Shown here piece by piece: positions 45,886 through 54,886 of a DNA stretch of 64,000 nucleotides (the first letter of the stretch is position 1; the number at the start of each line of letters is the position of its first letter). The stretch is from assembly GCA_030427835.1 (NCBI GenBank), contig JAUICN010000003.1, forward strand, positions 100,965-164,964, in the 5' to 3' direction. The DNA is from Polyangia bacterium. Its GTDB lineage: Bacteria > Myxococcota_A > Polyangia > Polyangiales > JAUICN01. The position numbers were made by a program, and so were the translations under genes. The notes beneath the pieces were generated by a model. That model was not told where the DNA came from, ran no database searches, and was given only the letters and a program-made list of their open reading frames with translations.

Positions 45886-45963
45886 TAAGCAATAGCCATG
45901 CTTCGATAGCGTTGGATCTCTACCAAAACTCCCGCTTCCCAAAAGAGGCGGTGGCGGGGGAGC

Positions 45964-48258
45964 TCAGTTGCCGTACCCAATCGCTCGCAGTTGTTCTTTT
46001 GTGGTTTCATCCATCTCAGCGTTTTCCCGTTCCAGAGAAGCACCCGATTGCTGAGAGGTGCCATGCAACCACTGGGTAAGGTTGTCAGCCCCCAGGAACT
46101 GGCCTTGCATGATTCGACAGTACCGCATCCCAATGGGTACTCGGTTTCTGTCCAACGGGTTCTGTTCGCCAGGATCGGAAGCAAGATCAAACAGGGTGCC
46201 GTTAATACCACGAAGTACAAGTTTCCATCGCCCCGCTCGAATCACCCGTCGATCATCCAGGAAATCACTGAACGCAACTGTTGGATAGGGTGTCGGGTGG
46301 CCATCCATGAAGGGCACCAAACTACGTCCTTCGTTTCCGGGCATGGGAAGCAAGCCCATCAGTTCGGTCACGGTGCTGGTGATGTCCACCGTGCCCACGG
46401 TATTGGGCACACGGCGCACGGGCACCCCCTTGCCGTAGAACATCAAGGGAACATGGAGGAGTTCCTGGTACACAGAATGCCCGTGTCCCCAGGACCCGTG
46501 GTCGTCAAACTCCTCACCATGATCTGAAGTAAAGACAAACAGGGTATCTTCCCATACTCCCAAGGCCTTTAGTTTCTGGATAAACTTTCCAAGATAGACA
46601 TCGTGATAACTAATCTCACCATCGTGAAGCCCCTTGAGGCGACGCACGTCGCTCCCGGTAAACGTCACCCGTGGAGGGTTCCGTTTTGCATCTGAAAGAA
46701 GGTCGGGCGTCTTACGGGCACTGACCTGGCCGTCGTAGTCCGTGCGCCTGTCATACATGGAAAGGAACTCTGCTGGAGGGTCGTAAGGAACATGTGGGTC
46801 GATGGTGTGAACGTAGGCAAAAAACTTCTTGTCGCGATTCGCCTCAATCCATTCGCCAGCCTCTCGGAATACGTTCTCTGCCTCCGTACTCTTCGATTCT
46901 CGAATGTAGTTGGTGTAGTGATTCCAGCCCTGGTCGAACCCAAACTTATTCGACACATACCCATTGGCGATAAAACTACCGGTGCGGAACCCCTGGGATC
47001 GCAGGTGCTCACTCAGTACCAACGCGCTTTCGGGAAGCTTTGCGGAATCGGTTTTTGCGCCGTGAGTCACCGGATAGAGGCCAGTCAATACCGATGCGAC
47101 CGAGGGCTTGGTCCAGTTTTCCGCGGACTGGGCGTTTTCAAACACCACTCCCTTTTCAGCAAGCGCATTGATCACTGGCGTTTTCACTCGAGAGGATCCG
47201 TCAAACGCCTTGAGTTTGTCGGCCCGCAGGGTGTCCACCAGCACCACCACAAGATTTTTGGGTGTGGCCCGTTCAACAGGCTTCGCCTCAGGCGTCAAAA
47301 GCTGCAATGCACTCCACGCAACCCGACCCTTTGAAGTGCCTTCCGCCACAAGATCAAGACGCACCACCTTCCCTTCCCATCGATCCAAAGAAAGCAAGCG
47401 ATCCGTCCATCGCGCTTCCGCATTTCCCGAAAACAGCTCATGGGATGGCTCCCCCTCTGCCTGAATACGGATGTTGACGGGAACCTGGGAGTCGCCTTCC
47501 ACGGCCACTCCAAAACCCAAACGCCCTTCGGTCGGCACCTGCAGGTAGTAGCTCACCACCGTAGGTGCACGGTTGGCCACAGACATTCGCTGCACACCAT
47601 CCATGGCAACTGTCTGGACCATAGTGCCAAAGGTAGGTGCACGATAGGCAGTCGTCGTCGGTGCGCCCTTGGACATCACCCGAAGGGACTGCACCGCAGC
47701 AGAAATATCCTTACCGTCCACCCGTTGACTGCCACCAAATCGTACCAAGAGATAGTTCTCTCCGGACTTCACTGCGGTGGATGGAACGTGAAGATCATAG
47801 TCGTGAAACTGGGCTCCCTCGTTCAGGTGCACCACGCCCACTTGGGTATTGTTGAGAAACACGGTCATGGCCTGGGTACCTACCCCGTACATGCGAAACC
47901 GAAGGGTGAGATCCTCTACGGCGTGCCACGGAAAGAACACCCTACCTGTCTCCCCAACCCGACTAAAGGTAGCGTCGCCAGATCGACTGTCGTCGACCCA
48001 GCCCGTGCGCCATTGCCCAACGGTATACTTATCCCGAGCGGGCGTTCCAAAATCCACGAACAGTCCATGGTGGTACACATCTGCCAAATGGGCATGTTTC
48101 ACCAGATCCAAATGGGTCTCGTACCCCTTGAAAACATCCGGTAAGGCCAAGGCCGCACGGGCATCGTCGGCCTGGGTGTTGGAGCCGCAACTCCCGCAAC
48201 GATCACAACCGGCAACCAACCATACACACAACGCCCACCAACCAAGTCGAATCGCCAT
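45964..48258 (-). CDS. alkaline-phosphatase-superfamily (sulfatase-like) lipoprotein with an N-terminal domain of about 330 aa and unknown function
   Basis: ATG 48258 gives MAIRLGWWALCVWLVAGC (lipobox). Sulfatase-fold core VVVLVDTLRADKL...WTKPSVASVLTGLYP...SDHGEEF...GHGHS. The nucleophile position is Thr, not Cys or Ser. Confidence 0.8.
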   Translation of the reverse strand: MAIRLGWWALCVWLVAGCDRCGSCGSNTQADDARAALALPDVFKGYETHLDLVKHAHLADVYHHGLFVDFGTPARDKYTVGQWRTGWVDDSRSGDATFSRVGETGRVFFPWHAVEDLTLRFRMYGVGTQAMTVFLNNTQVGVVHLNEGAQFHDYDLHVPSTAVKSGENYLLVRFGGSQRVDGKDISAAVQSLRVMSKGAPTTTAYRAPTFGTMVQTVAMDGVQRMSVANRAPTVVSYYLQVPTEGRLGFGVAVEGDSQVPVNIRIQAEGEPSHELFSGNAEARWTDRLLSLDRWEGKVVRLDLVAEGTSKGRVAWSALQLLTPEAKPVERATPKNLVVVLVDTLRADKLKAFDGSSRVKTPVINALAEKGVVFENAQSAENWTKPSVASVLTGLYPVTHGAKTDSAKLPESALVLSEHLRSQGFRTGSFIANGYVSNKFGFDQGWNHYTNYIRESKSTEAENVFREAGEWIEANRDKKFFAYVHTIDPHVPYDPPAEFLSMYDRRTDYDGQVSARKTPDLLSDAKRNPPRVTFTGSDVRRLKGLHDGEISYHDVYLGKFIQKLKALGVWEDTLFVFTSDHGEEFDDHGSWGHGHSVYQELLHVPLMFYGKGVPVRRVPNTVGTVDITSTVTELMGLLPMPGNEGRSLVPFMDGHPTPYPTVAFSDFLDDRRVIRAGRWKLVLRGINGTLFDLASDPGEQNPLDRNRVPIGMRYCRIMQGQFLGADNLTQWLHGTSQQSGASLERENAEMDETTKEQLRAIGYGN

Positions 48259-48347
48259 AGCTCCCTGCTCCTCCACTGGACACACGTCCAGGCCAGGCCA
48301 GCGATTACCATGGAGCCCTGTAAGAGGTCAAACCCCATCGTTCATCC

Positions 48348-51029
48348 CTAGAAGCCGATGCCGTCTGCGCGAACCACCCGGGTTTCCCCATGCCGAATAA
48401 ACAAATAGCGATACCTCAAATCACGACCCTGCTGAAACACCACTTCGTGGCGACCTTCTTTCATCGGAACCGAAAGCGGAGCGTGGCCCATGGCCCGACC
48501 ATCCACCCGTACCTCAATGGGTTCCCCTTTCCCGGTCCCCTTGGGTTTGGAGGAAACACGTAGAACACCCTCGTCCGGCGCCACGTCTCCCTCCACATAG
48601 GGCAGCACCTCCCCGAAGGTCAGGTCCGTATCCGACAGGGAGTCCCCCTTCCCTTCTGAAAGAGTATTCTCGTCTCCCTCCCAGCTGTCGGAACCCATGC
48701 CGTGAACTGGCATGGTTCCCTGCGGCGCGGGGATGTCCACGGGCCCCGAACGTGTGTTCAAATCGGAAGCCACAGGCCGGGAGGGTGGAACCTCCAAAAG
48801 ACGCCATCCCCAGTATCCGAGGCCCAGGGCCGCAGCGGTGACCCACGCGTAACGCAGCCAACGACCTCCCGGGTGCGTTGGAGTATCTGGGCTGTGCTCC
48901 CCAGAATCGTGCGCCGGCCAGGCTTCGTCATCCAAGGGAGTATCGTCCCAAACAGAATCTTGGCTCACGGAGAGCGTAGCGGCATGTTCCCCAACCCACG
49001 CTGGCTCTTGCTCATGGCCCCCGGGCAGCTCCTCCTCTGTGGTTCTCACCGTATCGTGTGCGGATGAAAGTCCGGAAGAAGCCCCTTGCACCAATCCCAC
49101 GAGCACGTCCGCGTCCAGTTGAGCGGTGGATTCCTCCACGGGCAAGGGCTCAAGCCAGCCCCGTCGCCGAACGATCTCATCCCGAAGGGCGTGATCCAGA
49201 TTTTCGTCCCGAAGGCTCCCCAGCCCTGGCCGGTCCACATCCACATCCACGGAGTACCGGCTGTATTCTTCCTGGAACAGGGCCTTCACCGCTTCGGCGC
49301 CCCTGGCAAAAGCACCATCCGACCCGGTATGGATCGCCTCCGTGAGCTTGCCGTCCCTTACCCCGAGTTCCAACAGCCCGCCGGCGCTTCGAAAGACCAA
49401 TACCCCGTTTTTCAATGTGGCTCTTGCGCTTCGGGTAACCGTGGATGGGCCCAACGCAGAAAGCCTGCCACAGGCCCGCCCATTCGAACCCAATTTTTCT
49501 TCCAGTGCGGTAAGCGGTGCAAGGACTCCGGCTGCAAACAGGGCCACATACTCCGGATCGAGCGGAAGTGATCCCACCCCCGAAGAAAGATTATTTTGCT
49601 CTTCCACCACCACCACAGGCACTTCCCGAAGAACCGGATCGTGCAGCCAGCGTTGCAGCCAGGAGGTGGTGGGATCCTGAAACCACCTGCCATCACCCAC
49701 CAACAGGTCGGGTGGATCCTGGGCGGCCGCCTCGAAAGCGGCATCGCCTGTGTCCGCCCGTTTCACCTCACGAAAGAGCTTGCCAAGGTCACCCAACCAC
49801 GACCCCTCACGTCGAGCATCGGCTCTAACCATTGGAGATTTGACCACAGGCGGAGCAAGTAGCAGCGCAATCCGATTGCCTAGATGACGCCCGTATTCCT
49901 GACTTCCCCCCGCAAGCAAACGGGCCTGCGCCGTATCGTCGGACACCGCAGGAGCAAAACAGAACACCATGCGACGCCCCTCCACGCCCAGGGACCACCG
50001 GTCGACACCACCCTGCCCCACGGCCCGTTGCCGCACCCGATCGGCCGCACGCCACAACGTCATCCGATCGGGAAAGGGATCTCCCGAGGCGGATACCTCT
50101 AGACCACGTCGGGGGGTTCCGAGGGCCTCCCGAAACGTATGATTCATGTGTCCAGCCCACCAACGGGCATCGAGGTTTTCAGCCGCTGCCTGAACTCCCA
50201 ACGTTCCGTGCGGAGATCCAACCATGCCCGCCACATCTGCAATGGCCCACTGAAGGGTGGCCGCATCGCAGGGCACAGGTACGCTCGCGTCCACGTCCCG
50301 GGCGCTGGCATCCACCACCGCAGGCCCCATGGACACCACCGGCAACAGACGCGTGACAGTTTCTGCAGCAAAGGACTCTAGCAAGCCTGGGCGACCCTCT
50401 CGGTTGTCCAAGAACTCCGTGGAGCATACAACCACATCAGGATTGTGAGTGTGGGCGAGGCGCATGGCCACGATCGGATCGGAGGCAAACATGGGCTCAA
50501 ACATGGGCAGGGGCAGTTGGCCCCGGAGCTCCCCGTGCCGGTTCACCCGATCCACCACCAGAACCCGATAGGGTCGTCGGGCCTCCGTTCCAGGTGCGGG
50601 CGGCAACGTGGAAATCCGCGGAGGGGCACCCGAGAAAGCGGAAGGCCGGGACGATGTTGACGGCTCCGTTGAATGCTCGATCGCGGCCGGCGGTGCAACG
50701 GTGGAAGCATCGGAAGGTCGAAGCGTCGAAGCGTCCATGGCATGGAGGCGTTCCACAAAGCCGCCCACGTCAAACTCCGACGGAGAAACCCTTCCCTCCC
50801 GCACCTGATTGACCTGATCCACAGCCCCGCGAAGCACACCAGCGACTTCATCCATGCGGTGAACCTGAGCGGACGCAAATGCCCCATGGAGCTTGCGGCC
50901 CAATGCCTCCGCTCGGCCCTGGCCCCCTTCCAGGGGCGCTGACACCGCCTCAGCGAGCACGATGAGTTCCTCCCGTACCCGAAACAGGGACCGCCCGAAC
51001 GCCTCACGGGCCGCAGACACGTCGGGCAT
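48348..51029 (-). CDS. large multidomain protein: helical N-terminus / pseudo-receiver / DUF4388-like / TM / PEGA-like
   Basis: About 893 aa from ATG 51029; the track start 51221 would leave 5 nt to divergent obg. REC-like YRVLVVDRVN...PDVVVCSTEF lacks the acceptor Asp. DUF4388-like VLVFRSAGGLLELGVRDGKLTEAIHTGSDGAFARGAEAVKALF. TM WLRYAWVTAAALGLGYWGW. C-terminal PEGA-like GVLRVSSKP...IEVRVDGRAMGHAPLSVPMKEGRHEVV. Confidence 0.7.
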   Translation of the reverse strand: MPDVSAAREAFGRSLFRVREELIVLAEAVSAPLEGGQGRAEALGRKLHGAFASAQVHRMDEVAGVLRGAVDQVNQVREGRVSPSEFDVGGFVERLHAMDASTLRPSDASTVAPPAAIEHSTEPSTSSRPSAFSGAPPRISTLPPAPGTEARRPYRVLVVDRVNRHGELRGQLPLPMFEPMFASDPIVAMRLAHTHNPDVVVCSTEFLDNREGRPGLLESFAAETVTRLLPVVSMGPAVVDASARDVDASVPVPCDAATLQWAIADVAGMVGSPHGTLGVQAAAENLDARWWAGHMNHTFREALGTPRRGLEVSASGDPFPDRMTLWRAADRVRQRAVGQGGVDRWSLGVEGRRMVFCFAPAVSDDTAQARLLAGGSQEYGRHLGNRIALLLAPPVVKSPMVRADARREGSWLGDLGKLFREVKRADTGDAAFEAAAQDPPDLLVGDGRWFQDPTTSWLQRWLHDPVLREVPVVVVEEQNNLSSGVGSLPLDPEYVALFAAGVLAPLTALEEKLGSNGRACGRLSALGPSTVTRSARATLKNGVLVFRSAGGLLELGVRDGKLTEAIHTGSDGAFARGAEAVKALFQEEYSRYSVDVDVDRPGLGSLRDENLDHALRDEIVRRRGWLEPLPVEESTAQLDADVLVGLVQGASSGLSSAHDTVRTTEEELPGGHEQEPAWVGEHAATLSVSQDSVWDDTPLDDEAWPAHDSGEHSPDTPTHPGGRWLRYAWVTAAALGLGYWGWRLLEVPPSRPVASDLNTRSGPVDIPAPQGTMPVHGMGSDSWEGDENTLSEGKGDSLSDTDLTFGEVLPYVEGDVAPDEGVLRVSSKPKGTGKGEPIEVRVDGRAMGHAPLSVPMKEGRHEVVFQQGRDLRYRYLFIRHGETRVVRADGIGF

Positions 51030-51226
51030 GGGAGGGGAATCCAAACCCGGTTCCCCCTGTGCTCGTGATTCCACAACCCCGATGGTAGCCACAGTCGGTC
51101 TCCACGGAAAGAAACACAGAGATCCACCGTGCAAAAAGCCAAAAAAGATAGCCCCAATACTCCATTCGAGGGCTGAACCGCCTTTGCATCGACTCCAGGC
51201 CCCAGGCGATCCAATTTCCACGGATC

Positions 51227-52288
51227 ATGCAGTTTGTAGACGAAGTGGAAATCGAGGTTCGTGGGGGGGACGGCGGCAACGGATGCATGGCCTTCCGTCG
51301 GGAAAAATTTGTGCCCCTGGGCGGCCCCTCAGGTGGGGATGGAGGCCATGGCGGGCACGTACTGTTCCGAGTGGATCCAGGTTTGCGAACCCTGCTTGAC
51401 CTGAGGTACCAACGGAAAATCATAGCCAAAAGCGGAGAAAACGGCCGCGGCAAGGATCAATACGGCAGGAGCGGAAAGAATAGGACCGTGGGAGTCCCCC
51501 CGGGTACGCGGGTATTTGACCAGGAGTCGGGCGAGCTACTGGCAGATCTCACCGTCCCGGAAGAAACGTGGGTCGCCGCAAAGGGTGGTGAGGGTGGGCG
51601 AGGCAACATCCGATTCGCCACCCAACATGACAAGGCCCCACGCAAGGCCGAACCCGGTTTCCCCGGGCAGGTGCGTCAGCTCAAGCTGGAGCTCCAGTTG
51701 ATGGCAGACGTGGGCGTGGTGGGTTTTCCGAACGTGGGCAAGAGCACCCTGATCCGCAATGTGTCCCGAGCACGTCCCAAGGTTGCAGATTACCCGTTCA
51801 CCACACTCACACCCAACCTTGGGGTCGTATCCCTTGGCATGGACCGGTCCTTTGTCGTGGCCGACATCCCCGGAATCATCGAAGGCGCATCGGACGGTGC
51901 TGGCCTTGGGCTTCGCTTTCTCCGCCACGTGGCACGCAACCGCGTCCTGTTGCACGTGGTCACCGTCACCCTCGAGGACACCCGCAACCCCATCGACGAC
52001 TACGACAAACTCATGGGCGAACTCAAGGCCTTCGACCCTCAACTTCCAACGCGCCCCATGTGCGTGGGATACAGCCAAATGGATCTGAATCACGTGAGGG
52101 ATGCCTGGCCACAATGGCAGGCCCAGTTCCAGGCCCGTGGCATCGAGCCATGGCCCTTCTCTTCGATCACACGCGAGGGCATCCCAGAGTTGCTTCAACA
52201 AATGGAACGCATGTTAGCCAACGCGTCGGCTCCCTCCTCTACGTCTGGGGATCACGCTCCCGAATCCGATCCGTCGCCCATTGGCTGA
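51227..52288 (+). CDS. obg: GTPase Obg
   Basis: MQFVDEVEIEVRGGDGGNGCMAFRREKF, G1 GFPNVGKST and DIPGIIEGA. Confidence 0.95.
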   Translation: MQFVDEVEIEVRGGDGGNGCMAFRREKFVPLGGPSGGDGGHGGHVLFRVDPGLRTLLDLRYQRKIIAKSGENGRGKDQYGRSGKNRTVGVPPGTRVFDQESGELLADLTVPEETWVAAKGGEGGRGNIRFATQHDKAPRKAEPGFPGQVRQLKLELQLMADVGVVGFPNVGKSTLIRNVSRARPKVADYPFTTLTPNLGVVSLGMDRSFVVADIPGIIEGASDGAGLGLRFLRHVARNRVLLHVVTVTLEDTRNPIDDYDKLMGELKAFDPQLPTRPMCVGYSQMDLNHVRDAWPQWQAQFQARGIEPWPFSSITREGIPELLQQMERMLANASAPSSTSGDHAPESDPSPIG

Positions 52289-53366
52289 GCCGACGGTGTG
52301 GCTCGGGCAACCGAGCGTTGTTCGCACGGGATTTCAAAATAGGGAGGTGTCGTCGGTTGCCGTGGTTACCCAAGGCCACCGTGATATTTTTTTGCAAACC
52401 GAGGAGTCCCGGTCGACGAACAGGCGAACCTTCACTCCATCGATCAAACCCGGGTTCATCCATTTGCAGAACAGCGGTGGCGTCTAAACCGGACCATCGA
52501 TCGGCCGCTGGGCCATCGGTTTCTGTTTGAGTTGCTGTGGAGCGATTCCAGGCCCTCACCCGATCCCCATCTGGAGAAACGCGATCCGTTTCCGAACCCT
52601 CCGTAAGGCAAGAGGATCTTCCTTGGTTGAAAGGGCACAGGTCCTGGCACACATCACAGCCCATCACCCAGTCGCCCATGGAACTTCTGAGGGGTTCCGG
52701 AGGCACGTCCCTGGACTCCACGGTCCAATAGGAAATGCACCTTCGAGAATCCACCCGGTGGGGCCCAACAAACGCATCCGTGGGGCAGCCCTCCAAGCAG
52801 GCGGTACACTGACCGCAACGGCTACCCATGGGTTCCGACTCTCCCAATACGGCGGTGGTCACAATGGCGCCGAGCAACACGTGGCTGCCCTCCCCTGGAA
52901 CAATGAGACACGCATTCTTCCCAATGAAACCAATGCCCGCTCTTTGGGCCCAGGCCCGCTCCATGACCGGTAGCGTATCCACGCTTGCACGGGCCTCAAA
53001 ACCACGTTCGCGAAGCATGCCCAGGGCCGGGCGAAGCCAGCCCTGTAGCACCCGGTGGTAGTCTCTCCCCCTGGCGTAGCGTGCCACCCTGCCTGGTTTC
53101 AGATCGGGCAGGGAACCATTGGCGCACCTGGCGGCCACCGCAATCACGCTTTGGGCCCCCCCAAGCATGCGTGGATGGTCCACTTGGCGACGCACCTGTT
53201 CGGTACGACCCATCCAATCCATGTCCGCGCTGTGCCCCTCGCGGAGCCACTCCCGGAGGTGATGGCCCTCTTCTTCCAGGGCGGTCACCCGTGCAAAGCC
53301 CACCCGCAGAAACCCCTGGGAGAGCAATAGCAATCGAATCCCAGCAGCAAGTTCCAAATCGGTCAC
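52239..53366 (-). CDS. queG: tRNA epoxyqueuosine(34) reductase
   Basis: 375 aa. Ferredoxin-type clusters CGQCTACLEGCPT and CDVCQDLCPFN, with a HEAT-like C-terminus. The 3' end overlaps the obg 3' end by 50 nt (convergent). Confidence 0.88.
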   Translation of the reverse strand: MTDLELAAGIRLLLLSQGFLRVGFARVTALEEEGHHLREWLREGHSADMDWMGRTEQVRRQVDHPRMLGGAQSVIAVAARCANGSLPDLKPGRVARYARGRDYHRVLQGWLRPALGMLRERGFEARASVDTLPVMERAWAQRAGIGFIGKNACLIVPGEGSHVLLGAIVTTAVLGESEPMGSRCGQCTACLEGCPTDAFVGPHRVDSRRCISYWTVESRDVPPEPLRSSMGDWVMGCDVCQDLCPFNQGRSSCLTEGSETDRVSPDGDRVRAWNRSTATQTETDGPAADRWSGLDATAVLQMDEPGFDRWSEGSPVRRPGLLGLQKNITVALGNHGNRRHLPILKSRANNARLPEPHRRLSQWATDRIRERDPQT

Positions 53367-54751
53367 GACGGTGTCGCGTCTGAGGGCAATCCCGTTTCCA
53401 CCGGTGCACCTCCTCGGAGCAAAAACGGTCGCGCGTTAAACGTGCCGCACTGCCTTTGGTTTCGATAAAAACCCCAGTGTACGTAGACGCGCCCATCCGG
53501 AGAACGAATCGCCCCAGGGGGCACCCCAAAAGGCGCCGCACGTCGCACGGCTAAAAACGCCCCCTGATCAAAGGGCATCAAGCCGCTGGTGCGTACGACC
53601 CCCACCCTGTGCAAAGAGCCATCCCCATTGAGCACAATCTCAAGGGTGGTCAGCAACGATGGGTTTGAAAACGGAGAGGTGCTATCGGCGGGCAACAAAC
53701 GCAGAAACCGGTCCGCGAACTCCTCGTGAATCCGCCGATGCATTTGAGCCAGGTAGGTCGCAAACGGCGAAGCAGCGGTGTTCAGTGCGGTTTGATTCCC
53801 CGGTTTCACCTGGGCCACATAATTTTCGATGGCTCCACGAAAGGCCTTCCAGTCCTCCTGGCGCTGGGCCGATCCTCCATTCCCAGCGGAGGACCGCCTG
53901 GATGCCGCCCAGGCCTGCCGCTCCTCCGCAAGTTGTTCGTGTCCGTACATCTGATTCAAACTGTTCCAACCCAAACGGGACGGCGACACGTTCACCCCGG
54001 GCGATCCATGGGTGCCCGTCCTACCGGCACGCCCGCCCGGAATCCGAAGGGTACCAAACGGGTCCCGATAAACCACGCCCCCCCCCTCGCCGTTGGCCCG
54101 GTCGGCACTGGGCTCACCCCCACCTGATGCCCCCTGTGAACCCGACTGGGGTAAGCTCGCTTCCACAGGTTCCCTACCCTCATCCACCCCGCGATCATTG
54201 GCCTCTCGGGTGTCTCCCCGTTGGGGTTCCACCGGAGGAGAACTCTCGTCCATCTCCCGGGCCCCATCCGAGCGAACGGTCTCCTGTTCCACCCGATGGG
54301 CGGTATTGGCTACCAACTCTGCACGCTCGGGTTCCCTGTCCGTAGAGTCAGGCAACTCCACGGCCTGCCGCTCCGTGGATGGAGGGGGCTCACGTGGAGC
54401 ACGTGCAGAAGCGACGGGTTCAACAATAGGGGCGGCAGGCTTCGGGGGAGCCTCGGGAAGGGTTTCCTCAACAGGTGGGTTCGCGCGGGGCGTAGAAGCC
54501 CGCTGGGTGGCCGGAAGGGAAACCCATTCCAATGTGGAAGGGGGAGCGATGGCCACTCCCTGGGCCCGGTCACTCTCGGCTTGCTTAGAAAACACATCCG
54601 AAAGCCAACCCAGGGTTCGGTACATGGGCAAGTGCAAGGACAGGGAACCCGCAAGTCCAAGCACCAGAGCCACCAGGGCCGGTGACACCATGGGCTTCTT
54701 TTTCACCACCCGCTTTCCGGGTGTCCGTCGGTATGTTGGCCCTGGCCCCAT
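53363..54751 (-). CDS. Pro-rich membrane-anchored protein with a TonB C-terminal-like domain
   Basis: 462 aa. TM MVSPALVALVLGLAGSLSL, a Pro/Glu-rich spacer and a C-terminal TLEIVLNGDGSLHRVGVVRTSGLMPFDQGAFLAVRRAAPFGVPP. GTGA overlap with the queG start. Alternative start at ATG 54691. Confidence 0.65.
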   Translation of the reverse strand: MGPGPTYRRTPGKRVVKKKPMVSPALVALVLGLAGSLSLHLPMYRTLGWLSDVFSKQAESDRAQGVAIAPPSTLEWVSLPATQRASTPRANPPVEETLPEAPPKPAAPIVEPVASARAPREPPPSTERQAVELPDSTDREPERAELVANTAHRVEQETVRSDGAREMDESSPPVEPQRGDTREANDRGVDEGREPVEASLPQSGSQGASGGGEPSADRANGEGGGVVYRDPFGTLRIPGGRAGRTGTHGSPGVNVSPSRLGWNSLNQMYGHEQLAEERQAWAASRRSSAGNGGSAQRQEDWKAFRGAIENYVAQVKPGNQTALNTAASPFATYLAQMHRRIHEEFADRFLRLLPADSTSPFSNPSLLTTLEIVLNGDGSLHRVGVVRTSGLMPFDQGAFLAVRRAAPFGVPPGAIRSPDGRVYVHWGFYRNQRQCGTFNARPFLLRGGAPVETGLPSDATPS

Positions 54752-54752
54752 G

Positions 54753-54815
54753 CCCCCTATTCATAGCGCGTGATGCCCAAAATGAACACGGATGTGCTCA
54801 GGATCCCCCTATTCA
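54753..54815. repeat. two exact copies of CCCCCTATTCA 52 bp apart in a divergent promoter region
   Basis: The copies lie at 54753-54763 and 54805-54815, read directly from the sequence, between the TonB-like gene (minus) and the UDPGP gene (plus). Confidence 0.6.
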
Positions 54816-54886
54816 GGCCCCGTCATCCATGGTACGGAAGTGCCCTGGATCGTTGAAAAACAAACGATTTCATCAGGATTTTACCC

